In this document: positions 59,744 to 64,000 of the stretch, in pieces
Layout: every line of letters starts with the position of its first letter
Position numbering within the stretch: the first letter of the stretch is position 1
Assembly (NCBI GenBank): GCA_965285935.1
Contig: OZ260664.1
Span: 52,638,001-52,702,000, forward strand
Origin: Ophelia neglecta
Taxonomy: Eukaryota
Reading direction: 5' to 3'
DNA: 64,000 nucleotides
Notes under the pieces: generated by a model
Seen by the model: the letters and a program-made list of their open reading frames with translations, nothing else
The model's database searches: none
What the model was told of the DNA's origin: nothing
Made by a program: the position numbers and the translations under genes

Positions 59744-61235
59744 TTACAAATCGCTCGCCGGGGAAGCATCTACCGGTTGGATTTCTGTTAGGGTTGCATT
59801 TTTACTGCCACCAATATAAACGTCGACACCTTGAATAATCATTAAGATACACGGAACTTTATTTCAGCCACATATGCAATAGGTGGTATATGTCAATGCC
59901 GGTAATCCTACGGTGACTGGCATTGACTAAACTGAGCACTGAATGTACAATATATTTGGCCAAAATGGAGAAGAAGATGCTCACTTTGTAGGAAAATTAA
60001 GTGTCATTTAATCGTTGTTTAAAGAAAACCGAGGATATTCTGTATTTGAGGGAATCTGGTTGCTTCATTTATAAATTTCAAATACTTACATACACTGTAC
60101 GATAATTGTTTTCAATTCAATCAAAATTCAATTCAATTCAATTAACGCTTGACTGAAAATTTGAAATAGCAAACAAAGCACACCAACAACAAAATAATAG
60201 GGCACAGGAAATCTGCATATGTATAGAGGATTATTTATACCCGTGGTATCCGCTTCGGTGTGTCCTTTTCCATGTCTATGTTTGAAGCAGTCTTTAAATC
60301 CAGCTCCAGCACACCAACAGCAACAACATAAGATCCAGACAGCGGCAATGCCAACTGTGGTTAGGAGACCGATCGCCCATTTCGGAAACCTGGAAGTTAT
60401 CTTAAATATTGGAATGGTAAGGCAGACTTGAGTAGCTTCTAACTATTTCTTGCACTAGAACAGTCCTTTATATACCTTAAATGGATAATTTCCTTGAGAA
60501 CTCTGATATCCTTCGGTAGAAATAGTGACTGTCGTAATTATTCATTAATTTCTTGTTTGCAAACCTAAAATTCTGCAATCTTACATTCTGTTACAAATCT
60601 TATCACTATGACTTTTGTGGCCCTATACATCACTTTTTGTTGACTTAAACATGTTGACTGTATGTATAAGGCCTATAGGACTACTGCATTCTTAACAGGA
60701 ATAGATTTAGTCATCAGTGCTGAATACCTCCTCAAGTACCTTCAGGGCACCATGCACCCAGTGATCGGGTTTATACGGTATCAAAAGACAAATATGAATT
60801 ACCAATAAATTCGAACTAATGAAGCTTCTCCTCACTTGTCAAAGTGAAAAATTGATGCATTCATAAAATATAAGCAATAAGTACATAAAAGGTTTGCAAA
60901 ACCAGACATACCGCTAGATAACAAAAATAAGTACATGTTATCACGTACCCCCCGATCTCTTCATTGCATTCTGGGGGACAGAATTCCCCGAGACATAAAC
61001 ACGGATCTTCAGGCTGGTCTAGATTTCGCTGTCTAGAATTACCGGCTAAACCTGCTGCAAATGGGAAAATGGTGAAAGGACTGTCTAAAAGTAAGCTCAA
61101 GTAATATACTTATAAATATTGGTTCTATCAGCACAATATTTCAGACATTTTAGTAAGGTAGGTTATGTACTCACCGGAACCGAAAACATACATATACATC
61201 AAAACTAAGTGAACACGTAAAATCTTCCCGATCAT
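59744..61235 (-). CDS. Uncharacterised small single-pass membrane protein, paralogue B; exons 61235-61175, 61051-60949, 60389-60241, 59829-59744
   Basis: MIGKILRVHLVLMYMYVFGS|GLAGNSRQRNLDQPEDPCLCLGEFCPPECNEEIG|GFPKWAIGLLTTVGIAAVWILCCCCWCAGAGFKDCFKHRHGKGHTEADTT|GVDVYIGGSKNATLTEIQPVDASPASDL*. Same intron phases as A and the same 61 nt first coding exon. Confidence 0.75.
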
Positions 61236-61808
61236 TTTTAACATTTATATTCGCACAAATGTTTTATAAATTACGAATAAGCTTTAGACTCGGTAGGCCT
61301 TTTCCTTCAGGGTGTTATCTATTCTAAGAAATGTTAGGCCTTGGTTCTTGTTGATTATTTCAATTGGGTCTTTGAAAAATGGATGGACACATTTACGACC
61401 TAACTGTTATAATAAATATTAATTAACTGCTGGAAAAGATATATAGATACTTCAAATTCGCGACTAGGTCGTATACTTATGAATCATCCTAGATTCAGCC
61501 TTTGTTTCATACCAGTTAATTTCTAAAGGAGTGGCCTTAACCACTGAAGGACAGTACAATACTGTATGAAATGTGATATAACCCCGGGGATATGACAATC
61601 AGGAGCCATAAAGTAAACTGACTAAAGATGAGCCTTTTGCAATCAGCAATAAAGTGTATAATTATGAATACTTGTATTGCGAACAGAAAGAATTTACTAG
61701 TGACTGGTGTCACATTTTTCGCCTAAAAAAACAATGTACATGTGTAGTATTAGTGAGTTCACTGGCTTTTATATACATTCTAATTAATGGAATTTCGTAT
61801 TCGAAGAA

Positions 61809-61868
61809 GAATGTGAATCCGAATGTGAATCCGAATGTGAATCTGAATGTGAATCTGAATGCGGATCT
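61809..61868. repeat. Compound hexamer tandem repeat (GAATGT/GAATCY)n
   Basis: gaatgt gaatcc gaatgt gaatcc gaatgt gaatct gaatgt gaatct gaatgc ggatct. Confidence 0.85.
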
Positions 61869-62475
61869 AAAAGTAACCCAGAATCGGAATTCAACTTGAC
61901 GCTGTAAAAAAGTAATAAACAAACGATGCGCTCATTTTAACAAAAAGCCCGATGATTAGCAGTTTAGTAGTATTTAGTATTGCCTTTTTTTGTCTACCAG
62001 TTCAGGGACGGCGGTTCAGCTAAGCGCCCAAGACTAAAACTCGATTTCACAAGCCATTTGGATTAGAGGTTACTGGGACTTAGGGAAATGTTTAGGTGAC
62101 ATTGATCACATCACCCCGGGAACAAAATGAAAATATTTAGTAGACTGGCACAAATGATTGTTTTTCTCTACCAATCTATCGTTAGTTCACTTATATTCAT
62201 ATTAATCAGCATTAGATAGAATCTATATTTTCTGTTTTTATAGTTTATTTTATTCCATCTACTGATTTGTTAATGCATATAGAGATGAAAATACAATTAG
62301 GCCTAGTCAAAGGCAATTTTTTGCTAACGTTTTTTTACCCTCGGATTGTCAATTGCCGCCTTTTTCCAACTGACGCGCTGGTCACGTGGTGGTCACTTTG
62401 GACCGAAACATGCGGGTCTAGTACTATCCTACGAAAGCGTATTAGGGACATGCAGATTTTTTTTTCTACGGAGAT

Positions 62476-62541
62476 TAACTCGCCGCGGCGAGATACTAAC
62501 TCGCCGCGGCGAGATACTAACTCGCCGCGGCGAGATACTAA
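62476..62541. repeat. Three exact 21 bp tandem repeats with a 14 bp perfect palindrome
   Basis: (TAACTCGCCGCGGCGAGATAC)x3 then TAA; core CTCGCCGCGGCGAG. Confidence 0.95.
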
Positions 62542-64000
62542 GGCCCCTTTTACACAGCACAGAGATCGTTGGGCGACCATTGAGCGATAAAAATTAACCC
62601 GATCTCGCATTCATCTTCTTACAGCCTCGAAAAAGCCGTTTCTGTGTAAATGTGGGAGATCCTTGTGCGCTCGTCGAGCGATCAAAAATTCAATTTTCGG
62701 CAACATTCATGGCGATCTAAAGAAACCTTTGAGCGACCTTGGCGCTCATTGAGCGCTCATTGAAAGATCCTTGAGAGATCCTTGAGAGATCAATGGAGAC
62801 CAAGCTTCCTGCAGCGACAATTGAGAGTTTGCTGAGCGCTCGTTGGGCGACCAAGAGAGATCATTGAGAGATCTACGGAGATCGCTGAAAGATCAGGTGC
62901 GACCATGAGAGATCACCGAAAGACCAGAAGAGATCCTTGAGGGATCATTAAGAGTTCCTTGGGAGACCAAGAAGGTTTCTGGGCGTTTCATGGGCGACAG
63001 GGACACCTCTGGGTATATATTTGAGAGGTTTCTGGTGTTCTTCAGTCAGTCTCTGGCAAGGTGTAGAAGAAGCAACGATTCCAGAAGGTCAAGATGAACA
63101 ACCAAGCTTTGGTACATGGTGCCATCCTACTATTCGCCTACTTCAGAGACCATATCAACCTACTTCATGATTGATTTTTAATATGGAAATATGTAATATA
63201 TAATGAGAGGTTATAATTATGACAGCAAGGAAGCGTTTGTTTGAATACTGACAGTCTGCTTTACAGAAAACAACGGCAGATTGTTGAATTCAAACAAAAA
63301 TCGCTCAAATATCTTAAGAGAGAATTCAAATCAAACGGTATCAGATACAAATGGTCATACAAAGGATGTCAGTCTCGATTCTCAGTGTGTTCTTTGCCCT
63401 GTTTCAGTTCATATTTGTATTGTTCAACATGTATAAGGGTAAAGTCACCATTAATTCCTGATAATACTAAGACTATATAGGTCACCAAGCACTTCTCCAG
63501 AACCAGATGGCCATTGCTCTCGTCAGAAGGAGGAGGCAGAGGCACGGAAGGAGACCAAGAACCTGGTGGGTCCACCTCTGGCTGAAACAAGCAAATATGC
63601 CACAGTTTGGTGACTACAGCCAGCTGATGCAAGAGCTGAGGCTGGAAGATGAGGGGGCATTTTTCAGCTACCTGTGCATGGAGCCGGCTTTGGTTGATAT
63701 GCTCCTGCAAAGGGTTCGACCTAGGATCAATAAAGCTAATACCAACTGGAGAGAAAGTCTTGGACCAGGGCTCAAGTTGGCTGTGACCCTCAGGTACCTT
63801 GCTACAGGTGACATGTATCCTGCCCTCCAATAGGCCTATTCGTATTCTGTTTCACATGGTGGAAAATTGAAAGATCGCTGAGATCAGTGGGAGATTGATG
63901 AGATCTTTGAGCGTTCCTTGAGAGTTGGTTGAGCGTTAGCTGAGCGTTTGCGGAGAGATCGGTTCTCTTGGCGATCGGTGAGCGATTGTTTTGGATCGAG
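62542..64000 (+). mobile_element. Internally deleted PIF/Harbinger DNA transposon (right end beyond the window)
   Basis: TAA then GGCCCC terminus; GAGATC/GAGCG subterminal repeats at about 62560-63000 and again from about 63870; transposase fragment between them. Confidence 0.8.
63507..63833 (+). pseudogene. Harbinger transposase N-terminal fragment
   Basis: WWVHLWL...GDYSQLMQELRLED...FFSYLCM...LLQRVRPRINKANTNWRESL...KLAVTLRYLATGD; stops before the DDE domain. Confidence 0.85.

Noticed and set aside
61654-61922. ORFs with NVNP or FTFG repeats
   Set aside because: Translation artefacts of the hexamer tandem repeat.
62476-62541. CRISPR-like palindromic repeats
   Set aside because: Head-to-tail repeats with no spacers, no cas genes, eukaryotic context.

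Overview
AT-rich intron-exon DNA from an invertebrate animal, judged from gene content; the species cannot be determined from the sequence. Most of the window (2358-47026, + strand) is one group I-like metabotropic glutamate receptor gene. Nine core coding exons splice in frame to 4002 nt (1333 aa), and one intron needs a GC donor. Two extra frame-preserving candidate exons lie in the C-tail intron. The 27.7 kb first coding intron holds a complete, apparently very young 5661 bp tyrosine-recombinase retrotransposon (15956-21616). It has split direct repeats A1...B1A2...B2, gag with a CCHC knuckle, RT-RNaseH-methyltransferase-like pol and an intact recombinase, which fits the PAT-like DIRS branch. 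Its TAA crossover core, a TATA box at the B|A junction and sense splice sites suggest how it integrates and is expressed. Downstream on the - strand are two tandem 4-exon paralogues, not assembled by the ORF track, encoding unrecognised ~135 aa single-pass membrane proteins with a CLCLGEFCPPEC motif; a decayed third copy is possible. Also present: LINE fragments, TA-flanked MITEs, a B-box hairpin, palindromic arrays and an internally deleted Harbinger element at the window end. All alignments and translations were done by eye.
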